From NCBI GenBank assembly GCA_027923505.1, contig BROI01000001.1, positions 2,604,001 through 2,668,000 of the forward strand: DNA of 64,000 nt, given 5' to 3'. Positions 13,301 to 24,800 of this stretch are shown one piece after another. Below the pieces are notes generated by a model. It saw only the letters and a list, made by a program, of their open reading frames with translations. It was not told where the DNA came from and ran no database searches. This stretch comes from Mayamaea pseudoterrestris. Its lineage: Eukaryota. The stretch's first letter is position 1, and each line of letters opens with the position of its first letter. A program made the position numbers and the translations under genes.

Positions 13301-15790
13301 AATGATGTAGCTACAGTAGAGCGTTGCTTGCTACATCTCGACTGCACAATGATGGACTTCGACAATTTACTCCAACTTTTACGCGCCAATGAAATGTTTT
13401 CCGCTCTTTTCTACGTTTACAACCAGGGACTTGACGATTATGTGACTCCGCTGGAGATTCTTCTGGAAAGGATTTTTGATGAAGTCGATTCTGGGGGCGC
13501 GGTCAGGTCGGGCAGATCTGTTGGGTTGCCGCACACAACGTTTGATAAACTTGGTTACAAAGCAATTGTTTATCTTCGAACGTGCTTTAAAGGTCTCGCC
13601 TTTCCTTTGGAAAAGGTACTAGTTGCCGAAGATCGTCAGCAGTCAATAAAGAGCGAATTACTTTCTTTTATAGCCCGGGAAGCATTTGTGCCACCTTCAT
13701 CTATGCGCAAACAAGTTCCACCAGCTCGTGTTGGCTCCCGCGCTGAGAAATATCCATACGCTCGGATTCTTCTACTCGTTGACCCGAAAGCTACACTTGA
13801 CAGCATTGCACTGGGACTTTCAGCAACCGAAAGCTTCCCTTTAAATAATGGTACTGAAAGTAGCTGGGCTGAAACTAATTCACTTGACGGACCCAATAAA
13901 CAAAGAATGATGGATTTGTTATCCAGTGTGGTGATTCCTCTGGATGAGGACGGAAGTATGGCTTTAAAACAATCGCCAAGCCTCATTGCAGCATTCTTAG
14001 ACTTCACTGCAACTTACTTAATGCACAAAGCAGTGGTGGTCAGAAAAGAGATAGTAACGATGATAATATCGCGCTTGGTAGATCGTTTTGTTGCGGCTGA
14101 TGATGCAGGACGGAAGCAGCAAACTCAGAAGCAAATGCTTGACCTGTTCTCCGCGTTACCACGAGATTCATACCAGGCGGATTACGCATTGTCACTCATT
14201 GACAAAGCCGACATGCATCGGGTCGCTCTTTTACTTCACCAACAAGTTGCGTCGTCGTGGTATGACGACAACTGTAAGGACATTGACGTGCGATCCCATC
14301 ACTTCAAACGCGCAATCGACTGCTATATCGGAGACGACGAGGAAGCTTACCGTAGAGAAGTGTTCGACTACGTCAAAAAAGAGTGTGCGGGCATGACTAA
14401 GCAGGACGCCGTGGATGGTTCTGTGACACTGAGGGATGCGTTGTTTGCCAAGCTTCCTGCATTGGTGAAGCTAGACGCGCTCCTATCGGCTCGTCTCGTT
14501 GCTGAATTGTTTGTGGATGATTTAGACAAAGTTGTACAAGTTTTAGAGACAGAGGGAGGCAAGTCGCTTTTTCGCTTTTTCCGGGCGATTATTTCCGGCA
14601 ACCTAATGCAGTTGGACCCAGTGGCTGGGTCTGTGCTACATCTTACTTCACAGCACCATGAAAAGTATCTAAACTTGATGGCAAAGCTTCATCCGGATAT
14701 GGTGTACGAATATCTTTCCACACACGACAATTATCGCCTAGAAGACTGTCTCAAGCTTTGTCAGAAGTACGACATTGCTGATGCATCTGCATATCTCTTG
14801 GAACGATTGGGAAACATCACAAGTGCGCTTCAGCTTATTTTACAGACTCTTGAAACTCGTCTGATGAACTTAAAGCGATCGATCCGCGGTATGGGCGTCG
14901 AAGCGTTTCGAAAACTCGCCAATCGACGAATGCTTTCCAGTCGAAAGTCTGCCAGCGTATCCGAGCTTCCTCCTACGCTTTCAAAGGATGTGGAGAATGT
15001 CAAGCGCATACTTGTCGTTGCGCTTGACCTTTGTGAACGCAATTCGCGCACTCATGCAGAGCAAGGGTCGCAACTCTGGTTCAATGTTTTGGACCGACTT
15101 ATGAACGCCAAGGGCTTCCTCCGTCTAGAAAAGGAGCAGCCAGAACATGCGGAAGTAATGGGCAGAGCTTTGAGCACGCTACTTCATCTCACGATGCAAC
15201 GCTTGGTTTCGTCAGTCCCAATGAATGATCTTGTTCGCAAAATAACCTCTGACTCTAGCGGCAGTCGTCTTGGTGAAATGCGAGAAATGATTGAAAGCTT
15301 CATCAAGACATATGGGTATGAACTACGGGTCTTTCAAGGTGCTGCTAACGTGTTTCGCCAAGACTATTTTAGCATGCAAAACAGTAATCGACGCCTTGTG
15401 GTTGAGGGAGCTGCGGTGCGGTCAATCGGAAGCATTTCCCTTGGCTCGGAAGGCGCATCTGATAGTCTTCAGCGGCTGACTCGTCTGGATGTTGCCGTGA
15501 CGACTGGAAAGGCGGGACGCGCTACAGTCGTAAATGTCAAAGGCGTTGCAAACTCCAAACGAATTGAAAATGGGTTAATCTCTGCTTTGACGCGGCTTCG
15601 CGACAGACGGACGGAGAGCCACGGGCGATGTGACGACATTCGCCGCCCCCCAAAGAGCAGTTTGAACATGATGACGGCATCGGAAATTGCTTACCAACGT
15701 GGCGAATTTGAACCGGTGCTGCACGGGCCAAGATCTCCCGGGCTTTTGGGAGAAGCTGAACATCGAGGTCGAATGGTAACGTTCCTATAG
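10373..15790 (+). CDS. VPS8: Vacuolar protein sorting-associated protein 8 (CORVET subunit), single exon
   Basis: Acidic N-terminus; beta-propeller (GLPTAMALNSKFIAVGTQKG, LARAWG); VPS8 core (FLDVLEPYVLNDKL, VERCLLHLD, LDDYVTPL); clathrin-repeat-like region (YRLEDCLKLCQKYDIADASAYLLERLG). Confidence 0.85.
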   Translation: MDIQAILAASDSSDEGDLVGAGRISSRYSNIAATNMGAVDIEQLLRDEDDEDDEDGSDDLIVPRYSSNHGKRLGASSLSKYANFSSTGSDVTSCSHSPDDWAVLQAILQEGDDDEDYDESRRVGSGYKDLYQRVDEAWMDDSKNSDDMAIVSSRRTTTSVDAILLASDDESDDDVDNQLRFADNSLVRKQMEWEQDRLLNDGTSHQSMKLDTRSPDRVDENNRGKPPLITPTNGGTALISHQELETKGSSPKEATNSAPSGPNKDEMYSRTAAPVANPNLPRETKDVPVDSSKTRHLYPTPATSLSSISAAESFEEESERALAHAYATERKLLKSGHREIVSPLSVKRRLRPKVELSARGSTKNKRSNTSMFGTERPLLTNNLRTASRYNFSGVTENKRLATMSESLVSHANESSKVVCGLPTAMALNSKFIAVGTQKGIILLYDLFEQLRQRLGDGHVDDTFNINKAGAITSLDLNFNGDLICAGYSSGVLVLWDSIRGEPLKSVSDAHPSPLTSIRFMSELKLVTVDASGIVNKLTFTRNMIWLTYSLETECLLDGTAGQILAMNVLRPFSTVNPNVRAEALAPVLGKLTLIALSSERSSFVVAVEPSVNVLHRWARPPEGNIVVVDKSIGNAGEQNCLPCLAWGWALISGGQNVVTPILARAWGCCLQLLAANFPTVDDAEPQSSNDHDIHWPAFGVHEEIDTVSSVVALQWLDSRSLVYLTLTKEFTLIDTVMMTLLERIDFSAVKLVYAEFTLSRKVVSDEDDNTSLLRCTTFQNSIRSSDDRIVVLCCDEVRCVSIVGATRRVASLEEDGEWLEALALALDHYESAIMSQEDRKRGPLGRKDLSHQFYGARNDEEEWLAKLLVRYVNLAVDNAPVSSPEPTRKSLHASRGYNSNNYLAQSHFQMLAGVVLEYCVTTRRLDLLFGPIFHRFEAAGHISIFLDVLEPYVLNDKLTYVAPEAMSHFVQHCRASNDVATVERCLLHLDCTMMDFDNLLQLLRANEMFSALFYVYNQGLDDYVTPLEILLERIFDEVDSGGAVRSGRSVGLPHTTFDKLGYKAIVYLRTCFKGLAFPLEKVLVAEDRQQSIKSELLSFIAREAFVPPSSMRKQVPPARVGSRAEKYPYARILLLVDPKATLDSIALGLSATESFPLNNGTESSWAETNSLDGPNKQRMMDLLSSVVIPLDEDGSMALKQSPSLIAAFLDFTATYLMHKAVVVRKEIVTMIISRLVDRFVAADDAGRKQQTQKQMLDLFSALPRDSYQADYALSLIDKADMHRVALLLHQQVASSWYDDNCKDIDVRSHHFKRAIDCYIGDDEEAYRREVFDYVKKECAGMTKQDAVDGSVTLRDALFAKLPALVKLDALLSARLVAELFVDDLDKVVQVLETEGGKSLFRFFRAIISGNLMQLDPVAGSVLHLTSQHHEKYLNLMAKLHPDMVYEYLSTHDNYRLEDCLKLCQKYDIADASAYLLERLGNITSALQLILQTLETRLMNLKRSIRGMGVEAFRKLANRRMLSSRKSASVSELPPTLSKDVENVKRILVVALDLCERNSRTHAEQGSQLWFNVLDRLMNAKGFLRLEKEQPEHAEVMGRALSTLLHLTMQRLVSSVPMNDLVRKITSDSSGSRLGEMREMIESFIKTYGYELRVFQGAANVFRQDYFSMQNSNRRLVVEGAAVRSIGSISLGSEGASDSLQRLTRLDVAVTTGKAGRATVVNVKGVANSKRIENGLISALTRLRDRRTESHGRCDDIRRPPKSSLNMMTASEIAYQRGEFEPVLHGPRSPGLLGEAEHRGRMVTFL

Positions 15791-16096
15791 GGGCCCTAGT
15801 TACTTGCTTTCTTATTTAGACTGCGAAAGCTACATCGATTTTGGACTTGGGCTCGAGCGGAAACGTCGTGTTCGAATGGAAACTCGTCGTAGCGGTTTCG
15901 CAAAAAGTGGAAAACGGCGACTCACAAGACTCCCCCACTCACGAGTTCGATCGACGACCGCCGATTTGCCGACGCGTGACATTCGCGCGTTTGCTGCATC
16001 AGCGATCCATCTTTCCTCATCTCTCCCATTGCATCAACTGTAATTGACTAAATGCGTATGATGATATAGAAGTCATTTAACTGTTCGAAGCGCAGC

Positions 16097-18082
16097 ATGA
16101 AACGACGAGGTATTTTGCAATCCAACTCCATGGCGCCTCTGGCGAGGCCTGATGAAATACGATTGCACGACGACGCACAAAACGATACAAGATGGAACGA
16201 CGAGCCTGATGGAAGCAATAATTACAATGGAATCATGTCCGTCGAGAGTCAAATGGCTGCAAACAGTCTCTTGCAAGGCGATGATGCTTCGCAGCCATCT
16301 GATCCTATCCTGCCAAACATTTCTGCCATCGAAGCCCAAGCAAATCACGACGATCGTTGGAACTATGCCCTCCTCATTTGTCTATATACACTGCAAGGCA
16401 TTCCCATGGGCTTGTCAGCTTCCATTCCATTCCTGATACAGCAAAAGGTCAAGTTAATATCTTCGGGTAGTGCAGCCGCCATTGCCGCACGAACGCTCTC
16501 CGAAGGCACTGGCCAAGTAGCGGCAGCAACCGCAGTGTCAGCCTCCAGCGCTGCCCGATTGTCCTATACCGCCAATGCAATCTTTAGTCTATGCAGCTGG
16601 CCATTTTCACTCAAGCTACTTTGGGCGCCAGTAGTCGATGCATTGTTTCTGCCAAAGTTTGGCCGACGAAAAACCTGGCTTGTTCCGGTGCAGTTCATTG
16701 CTGGCTTGTGCATGGTGTGCGGATCCAACTTTGTGGAGCAGCAACTGGGATTGAGTGCGAGTAGCGACGCCATGGCGGCGTTTGACGTCAAGGGCGTGAC
16801 AGCCTTTTTCCTGCTCTTGTACTTTCTCATGGCCACGCAAGACATTGCCGTTGATGGATGGGCATTGACCATGTTGAGTAAGAAGAATCGAGGCAGAGGA
16901 CCTGTTTGCAACAGCATTGGACAAAATATTGGGTATTTCTTGTCGTTTGTTGGATTTCTGGCGTTGAATGACGTGGAGAGTTGCAACAGCGTGTGGCGAC
17001 CGTTGCTTGGAATGGCGCAGGATTCAACCAAGGGCATTGTTTCGCTCGGATCGTTTATAAGATGCATGGGATACTTTATGCTCATTGTCACTTCCTTTGT
17101 GGCAGTGTTTAAGCGAGAGACAGCTCGAGAAGTAACGAAAAAGCTATCAGATGATACGCTTCAGTCTTCGAGTGCCGAGGACGACCAAATTGAGTTGGAT
17201 GCGTCGCAACTTGGTATTAGGGAAACATATCATCGTCTTTGGGAAGTCTGCAAGCTTCCAGCGGTGCGTTGGCTCTTTTTGATTCTCTTGACCTATCGAT
17301 TGCCAACGGCGCTTTCCGATAATGTGAAGTTTTTGAAAGCCGTCGAGTATGGCTTGTCCAAGTCAACGACTGCGCTGCTATCTCCGACGCTAATTCTTCC
17401 GCTTGGAATAGCAGTCCCTATCATTGCCAACAAGATCTGGCACCATAAGCCCCTCCGACAATTTATGCTGGCGTACGGCTATCGCGTCACGCTTGTCCCA
17501 GTGCTGGACGTACTATTGTTAAGCTTGTTGAGAAACGGTCGCGAGGGCAGCAACGCGCTACTCTTTTGGACACTTCTTGTCTTATCGACTGCGGCACAAG
17601 CTATTGTGAATAGTCTACAGATGAATGCTCAAATGAGCTTTTTTGCGCATCGAGTCGACCCAGCTATTGGCGGTAGTTACATGACGCTGCTCAACACGGC
17701 TGCAAACCTTGGAGGCACTTGGCCAAGCTCCATTGTCATGTGGGCCATTAGTCGCTTGTCACAGGATCCTGTATGTCGAATAGACAAAGCTGGGCGAGAA
17801 GTATGCGACGGAGGGTGGGATTGTTATAATTCGTTGCAGCTTGCGGCGAGTGCCCTAGGCTGTCTTTGGATTTTTGTGCTGGGCCGACACGTGCAACGAC
17901 TGGGAGCCCTTCCGGATGATGCCTGGCGGACGCATTTGCCGGTGAATGGCAGGGTACAAAGTGTTGACGAAAGAATGAAGGACTTGGATCCGGAATCACT
18001 CGAGAGCACCAGCGTGCAACTCAACGTGAACGGCACTCATCCTGCCTTACTACCTAGCTCACACTTGACCAAGGAGCTTTAA
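16097..18082 (+). CDS. Acetyl-CoA transporter 1 (AT-1/SLC33A1, AmpG-like MFS)
   Basis: LYTLQGIPMGL, WPFSLKLLWAPVVD, ATQDIAVDGWALTML and DPAIGGSYMTLLNTAANLGG. Confidence 0.9.
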   Translation: MKRRGILQSNSMAPLARPDEIRLHDDAQNDTRWNDEPDGSNNYNGIMSVESQMAANSLLQGDDASQPSDPILPNISAIEAQANHDDRWNYALLICLYTLQGIPMGLSASIPFLIQQKVKLISSGSAAAIAARTLSEGTGQVAAATAVSASSAARLSYTANAIFSLCSWPFSLKLLWAPVVDALFLPKFGRRKTWLVPVQFIAGLCMVCGSNFVEQQLGLSASSDAMAAFDVKGVTAFFLLLYFLMATQDIAVDGWALTMLSKKNRGRGPVCNSIGQNIGYFLSFVGFLALNDVESCNSVWRPLLGMAQDSTKGIVSLGSFIRCMGYFMLIVTSFVAVFKRETAREVTKKLSDDTLQSSSAEDDQIELDASQLGIRETYHRLWEVCKLPAVRWLFLILLTYRLPTALSDNVKFLKAVEYGLSKSTTALLSPTLILPLGIAVPIIANKIWHHKPLRQFMLAYGYRVTLVPVLDVLLLSLLRNGREGSNALLFWTLLVLSTAAQAIVNSLQMNAQMSFFAHRVDPAIGGSYMTLLNTAANLGGTWPSSIVMWAISRLSQDPVCRIDKAGREVCDGGWDCYNSLQLAASALGCLWIFVLGRHVQRLGALPDDAWRTHLPVNGRVQSVDERMKDLDPESLESTSVQLNVNGTHPALLPSSHLTKEL

Positions 18083-18234
18083 GATGTATATATAAACATG
18101 TAAAATAGTTCGCGCTAGCCTGCTGCACTTGTTTGCTAACGTTAAACATTACCTATCGGCAGTAGTCATTGACAATTCAAATGCAATCACACTGTCCCGC
18201 TGATAGTTTATTATTCGATGCTACTTCACTTGCT

Positions 18235-18616
18235 TTACTCATCCTCATCTAATGGCTTAGCCTTGCTGAAGAGATTAAATATTTCAACGACTGCCGAACC
18301 CACCACGACAAAGATGAAGAATCCAATTAACCACTTGGAAATGTTTCGTTCCGTTTCGTCCTTCTTCTTGACAGGAACATTGCCTCGCTTTGTTATATTC
18401 TTGTCAAACTTTTCAGTACGATTGCGAACATTGCGTGGAAGAGTCTGATGAAGCGAAAAGGAGACGCGGCAGGTAAGTGAATGGTTTTACGATAAGTGCA
18501 GCAGTGCTGCGTGAATGCTGATTGCTGATGCAGTCGGTTTTGAGCAGCAGCCAAGCACAAGTCACTCCACCAAGTAGCGACATTTCGACTTCAATGAGCT
18601 AAACATAACCTACCAT
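18235..18616 (-). CDS. RAMP4: RAMP4/SERP1 stress-associated ER protein (~70 aa), absent from the ORF track. Exon 1 = ATG only (18616-18614), exon 2 = 18444-18235
   Basis: Spliced translation M|TLPRNVRNRTEKFDKNITKRGNVPVKKKDETERNISKWLIGFFIFVVVGSAVVEIFNLF... matches the RAMP4 consensus (KNITKRGNV...LFIFVVCGSA). Donor ATG|GTAGGT, acceptor CATCAG. Confidence 0.88.
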
Positions 18617-18898
18617 TCTATCAGGTACAGATCTTTGTTAAGCTTTAATCCTCCTTGCTTGTAGAAATCGGGTCCATGGTTGTAGAGGAGGTTCGACGGT
18701 CACGAAGCGCCGCGTTGCAGTTCGGGACGCGAAGCGGGAATGAAAATGTTGAATCATATCGTAACGTTACCGACTTTCTGGGGTCGCGTTCTCGCGCTTC
18801 GCATCAGCTGCCAAGCTAACCATGCTGGTGCCGATACAACACGTTGTTTTTTTATACAAAATAGATTATAATGACATAGACGAGCGCCCAGAGACGTC

Positions 18899-21800
18899 TC
18901 ATGAACTCCCGTCCTCATTAGCCGCACCGTTATCTTGATCCGTACCGACTATACTCTTTTTGGGAACCGCCTTGGGTGGTTTGCGAGCAATAGCCTTCCA
19001 GGCTCCAATGTGAGCACCCGGTCCCGACCCTTTCAAAACAGGCATTCCGTGGCGTTTTCGCCACTTGACATAGTCGCTGGAAATCTCACTGGACTTTGTC
19101 TCGAGAAAGTCCTTTGCCGTAGTAATGCCTCTTGACGCCAAGAATGTTTGAGCATACTCTGGTAATCCAGTCAACGGATCGCCAGCTTCTATCGAACCTT
19201 TGTCTCCGTCATCGGCATCTTCTTCGCCCTCACTTTCCGACTCCACCTCTGACGATTTGCTGGCGTGTTTGGAAGACTGCGTCTGCGGAGGATTCGACGT
19301 CGTCGCATCGGGAGCGTCCATCAATTTTCGGCAAAGCGCTTTCCATCCAGAGACTGTAGCCCCAGCACCAGTGCCTTTCAACGCCGGCATCTTTTGGCTT
19401 TTGCGCCACTGAACTAGATCAGTAGCAAGGTCGCTAGATCTTGCAGCCATCAATGCCTCCGCAGTGTTAATATCTACTATAAGCAGAAACTCTCTGGCGG
19501 TATCACTTAGCGCTTCGATAGGGTCAGCAATTTCCCCAGTGTTGGTCCGACGCCTCCTCTTTCTTGATCGCGTGTCCTCTGACCGACTCCGTTCACCCGC
19601 TTCTAGCTTTGCAAGTACTTCCATACCCATCTCCTTGGCTGCGTCTCGACATAAAGTTTTCCACCCGGAAATAGTAGCGATTGCACCAGTGCCCTTCAGT
19701 GGAGGCAGCTTTTGTTTTTGGCGCCATGAGATAAATGCATCAGCGATATCCCCAGTCTTGGCTTTCATGAATTCCTCAGCGGTCGAAATGTCTAAGGATC
19801 CGAGAAACGTTTGCGCGTTGGCATTCAACCGGTCAAACGGGTCATCCCATAATGTCGCATCTATTTTGGATCTTCGCGAACCAGTCCGTGGAGAAGATAA
19901 GTCATTCTCAGAGCTTTTGGACGCGTAAAAATTACCAACAATGGTATTTTCCACAAGAAACTGCGGACGATTGCGCTTACGACCAAAGCTACTAGCCTCT
20001 AACTTCACGACCGCCTCCACGGGGCGAACAGCTGGGCTTGCTTGCTCAACGGAAGCCTTTCGGGTACGCCGTTTAGCAGGTGGCGGCGCCAACGATTCCT
20101 CCTCCGCCGCGTCGTCGGAGCTTCGCTTTGAGATTAAACGCTTTTGACCCACAACTTCGTCATTTTTTGGCAGTGGGTCATCTGTACGCAATTTTGATCG
20201 AAAGCGCTCGGGTCGAGCTTCATTTAGTTCAGAAAGTACTTGGCTAAGCTTCTCTTCAGCGCTATCATCAAATTCCACACGTTGATAATGACCGTGCACG
20301 AGTGCATGAGGGAGCTGTTTAAGTTCTTCAGCAATTGTCGAAGCAGCCATTATAGCTCCATTTGTGAGTGTCACATCGCCCACTCCATTTCCAAATGTAT
20401 CTTCTTCGCCCAATGATTGAGTAGGCAGTCCACTAGACGACTCAACATCTGGTTGTTGCAAATTGTTTAACGTATTCACAGGCTCGGTCGTTGAGCTAGC
20501 AACCTTCGTATTGCAACACTCTTCGCAGAACCATTCGTCCTCCGGAACATTTGAAAGAGCAACACAGTCACTGTGGACGACATTTGAACAACCGTCGCAG
20601 CAAAGCAAATCGCCGCTTAAACCACAAATAATGCAGTATTCGTAATGGTTATCTGACTTATCGACTGGGTAAACGGACTTTATAAACTCCTTGCTGAGCC
20701 TCACTGGTTGCGCAGCATACTCTTGTGCCTGCTTTAAAAGTACCTTCCCATACCGCAGTGCCAACTTTGCCTTTCCTAACTGTTCTCGAGGATCCGAAGT
20801 TTCTCCTTCATCCTCCTTATTCTCGTCGTCATCGTCTGCAGCGTCATCATTCCTCCCACCCAATAACTCTTCGTCATTTCTTTCCGTTGAAGCACTGACC
20901 TTTTCTCCTTTTCCTGCAGTTGAAGCCTGCGGAGCTGCATCCCCCAAGTCCGAGCCAGCCGCTCCTTGACGACCACGTCGTGCATAGGTCGGATCCAACT
21001 CGACGAGCAACTCATCGATGCCATTAGCGCCTTCAAAATTTGCAACCCAGTCATAGTCTGGATTAGAATGTGAACGTCGTACCCGGCAGGTGAAGTAGGT
21101 CCGCCTGTGTGCTTGACATCGCGCACATGGCTCTTTGCGGCCAGGACGTCCAAAGATAAACTTGACAAGAGAGTCACTCGATTCATATTCTCTGTTTCCG
21201 AACATAATAGCATCGTCAACCTTGCGAACCAATGCTGCATCGCCTAGTTTACCTGCCAGTGACGCAGTAGTCTTTCCTTGCGCCTTGTTGCCGCATTTAA
21301 TGCTCACGCGTATATCTGTGAGACGATTAACCAAGCCATCGGTCGCCTCGTCATGTTCATCCTCAGTATCATCCTCCTCTTCCTCATGCTCTTGTAACCA
21401 GCTAATAATCTTCCGATTGGCCCGTATAGTAACTTCGAGCAATCGTCCATCTTCTAGCTCTGCTGTAGTCGCCGAAACTCTCTTAAAATACTTGGCGTGG
21501 CATACAGAAAGACCACCGCATGTGATGCGCAGTTTGCTTTTGGGGACAGAAGCGCGCTCCCCGTGAAACTTTTGCCCAAAAACATTCAATAGTTGGTCCT
21601 TCCCGACGGCTTCAAGCAGCAGAGCAATCTTTCGTCGAGCTTCTTCGCGCAGGGGGTCTTTTGGAGCTGTGTGCGTGGCTACTTTGACTGTAGGTGCGCT
21701 CAGCAACTTAACATCCTCATCCAATCCGAACAAGCATTCGAAAGTATTGGTGTGGCTCACAGCCAGGAAAGCCATGGCATGCAGCTCCCTTATTCGTTTG

Positions 21801-24800
21801 ATCCGAGAAGCGAGGGCGAACTCCTCTTGCGCACGAGCGTCATCCGCCTCCTCAGCAGGGGCATCAGCATTGGGTTTGGACGACATGCGGACAATGCGCT
21901 TCACCTGCATGGGAGCCTTCTTCCGACTGGCCGGTTCTGACAAGATAACACAAACAGAAGCGACATAAGACTCAATAATGTCATTTGAGATAGCTTCAGT
22001 ATGGCGATAAAATGCATTTTTAATTCGAAGGAGAATCAGCTCCAGCGACATTTTGGGATTCGGCGACACTCCCATGCATTGATTAAAACCATCCGACTGC
22101 GCGGTCCAAGGGGGAAGAAAGCCCGATCCAGACAACGAGTCGACGAAGGACTTGTTATGATTAGATGTGCCTGCACCTCTCAGCTTCACACCCCTTGTTC
22201 CCTTAGTTGAGGATGGTGCACATAAGTCTAAGCGCTCCGCGAATAGTAGATCGTGAAATGAAGGCAAGCTATTTATTTGTAGCTTCACTTTTGGCACTTT
22301 GAATCCGTGTTTAACGCTAGATTTGTCAAGACCAGGAATGATACCTGAAGGCGATTCACCTTTCAGGCAACGTTTTTTCAAAAATTGCAAAGCATTCTCA
22401 ATGCGCTTGCTTTTCGAAACTGACTTTACGTTGCTGCAGCTGGGATCATCACTTCTAGGACTTTCACAAGCGTAAATGAACGACTTATAATCAAGTCCAC
22501 ACTGAGGACAACCGACGGCTCCAACATGAAAAGGCAATGAACAAGGTCGGTAATATACAACAGAAGTACTGCCGCTTTTAGCCTGAAAGCCAATCGCGGC
22601 AAGTGTTGCGCTTGTCTTGAAAGTTATTTGATCATCGCCGCTCCGTTTCGAGGACATTTTCGGGAAAGAAGCTCTTACCCACACCACTCTACCCTGGATC
22701 CATTCCTGCTGATCGGGTCGTATAACAGGGCCGACAAAACAAGCTGGGACCACGCATTGCTCTGCCTCGAGGGAACAATAATGTCCTTGTACAAACGAGG
22801 CGTGCTTCGTCGGCGAATACAACACGTTGTCGCCGGCTTGAGGCACCCAGTTAGCCTCGCCGCCCATTTTATACTCCTGCAGCCAATCGGGGTCCACCTT
22901 GTCGGCGAAAGGTTGACGTAGGGTCGCCAGCATTGGTCCTAGAGTTGTTGATGTAGAGCCAGATGACGCTAATCCAACATTATTATCAGACATTGACATT
23001 ACTAGCCTCCTGCGTTCGTCATCAGCCTTTTTAGCCTCGATAACTTCTTGAAAATAAGCTTGGGAGGCTCGTAAAACCTTCTCTCTGAGTTGAGGGACGG
23101 TGACTGAAGCAGATTCAACAATCGCTGAATCCGGTGCATTGTACAACAAACAGTTCTCAAGCATCAAGTTGATGTCGGATAGCACGTGCTCTACTCCTCT
23201 GTAAGAGCAGCAACAGTCGCCATCAGAGTCATCTCCAAAACGAGTCAAGATGCGCTCCAACGACATGCTGACAGGCACGGCACAGCTATAGGAAGGTGCA
23301 CTTTCGTCCGTCACAGTGTAGTAAAGTAAATCACCAGCCTCTTGGTTGTCCCACGAAAAATCTTCAATCACAGTTTCAATTTTCCGTCGCAGCGCTTCAT
23401 CGAAACCTTTAGCTGCTAGTCCGTCCGGAGTGTAATCTTGCAGCACTTCCAATGCCTCGGGAAAACGTACTTCCCATGCAGATATCCAACGCTTCTTTCC
23501 AGCGCGCATTACGCACACCCCGTCCCAAAGTGGCAGCGTCCGAGCAATAAACAGAATCATATCGAGTGGTCTCGAGTTCATTATTGAATTGTCAACTTGA
23601 TTTACCTTCGCCATGTACTTCTGCGTAATCTCAACAACAGCACGACAGTCGCGAGCGGATAAACTTTTACCAGCACCTGACAATGCCTCGTCAAGGAAGC
23701 TTGTCACCGAGACGGCATTGTCCACTCGATGTTTAACCTCATTGATTTCCGTGATTTTATTATTAAAGCGAGTAGTATCTGCAGTTTTTATGGCCGCAAA
23801 ATCTGAAATTTGAGCCTTGGATCCGTCAAGTATGACGTCCTGCTTAACATCCAGCAAATGCCACATCGCATATGCATATGAGAAAGGTATACTTAAGATC
23901 ATCAGCAACAGAATCACGTGAGATAATGCCATGGCGAGCAAGATAACAATCGGTTGCCTCTGTACTTACATGAATGGCTTTACTTTGGAAGGAAACGTGA
24001 CAACACTAAAAATTGGGGGTAGCGGGAGACTTGCGTACCCTTCGCCAGTATCTAAAGTTGGTGGCGCCACAGATGTGAGCGGTTTAAGAATCAACGCCAA
24101 TCGCAAAGGTGCACCGTTGGCCGCTTTCAACTCCCCCGGATCCTTTGGCGCCTTCCATACATTCTGCGAGTTGTCGTTGCTTCCCGCCTTCTTTACTACT
24201 TTCGTGAAAGGGTCTGGAGGGAATTCGGCGTAGCTCCTCTCGACACGACATAAGATAGGATAGTTCGCACTCCCGTCATCCATGCCTTGTAACCATTCCT
24301 CAGTCCACCACACCATCCCTTCCGCAGCCGCCTTGCTGTCCTGCTCAGTAGCATGGAACGGGCGCTCCCACAGTGGAACACGTTGCGCGCTTCGCAACTT
24401 CTTCCCTAATGCGTCTGGATAAGTTGCCAAATGCTCCTTGTGACCTAGGGGATAATAACTAAAATCGATATGTGAGATACCGCGTGTCAAGAGGCAGTCA
24501 ACGACAGCCGAATATAAAGGCTTACAGAATGGCTTCCCCAACCTGGGGAGCGTACATCGAGAAATCCAAAGAGTCATCAAAAGTTGCAGGTCGATCGCGC
24601 TCTAACCACGTTCGATCGACTAGCTTGGCCATATTCGGAGAGATCCAACCTCCGACGCTCCTTACGCTCCGCGTCCGAATACGAACATTTGAGCGAGAAG
24701 CCATGTTCTTTCCTTCATCCTCTTGAGATTGATGTGACTCCTCTATCATGCAAGGGTCTTGTAACCTCTGGACATCAGGCCATTCTTTCGAAGCTGACTG

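Noticed and set aside
18445..18613. Longer-than-average RAMP4 intron as a snoRNA host
   Set aside because: No C/D or H/ACA box arrangement found.
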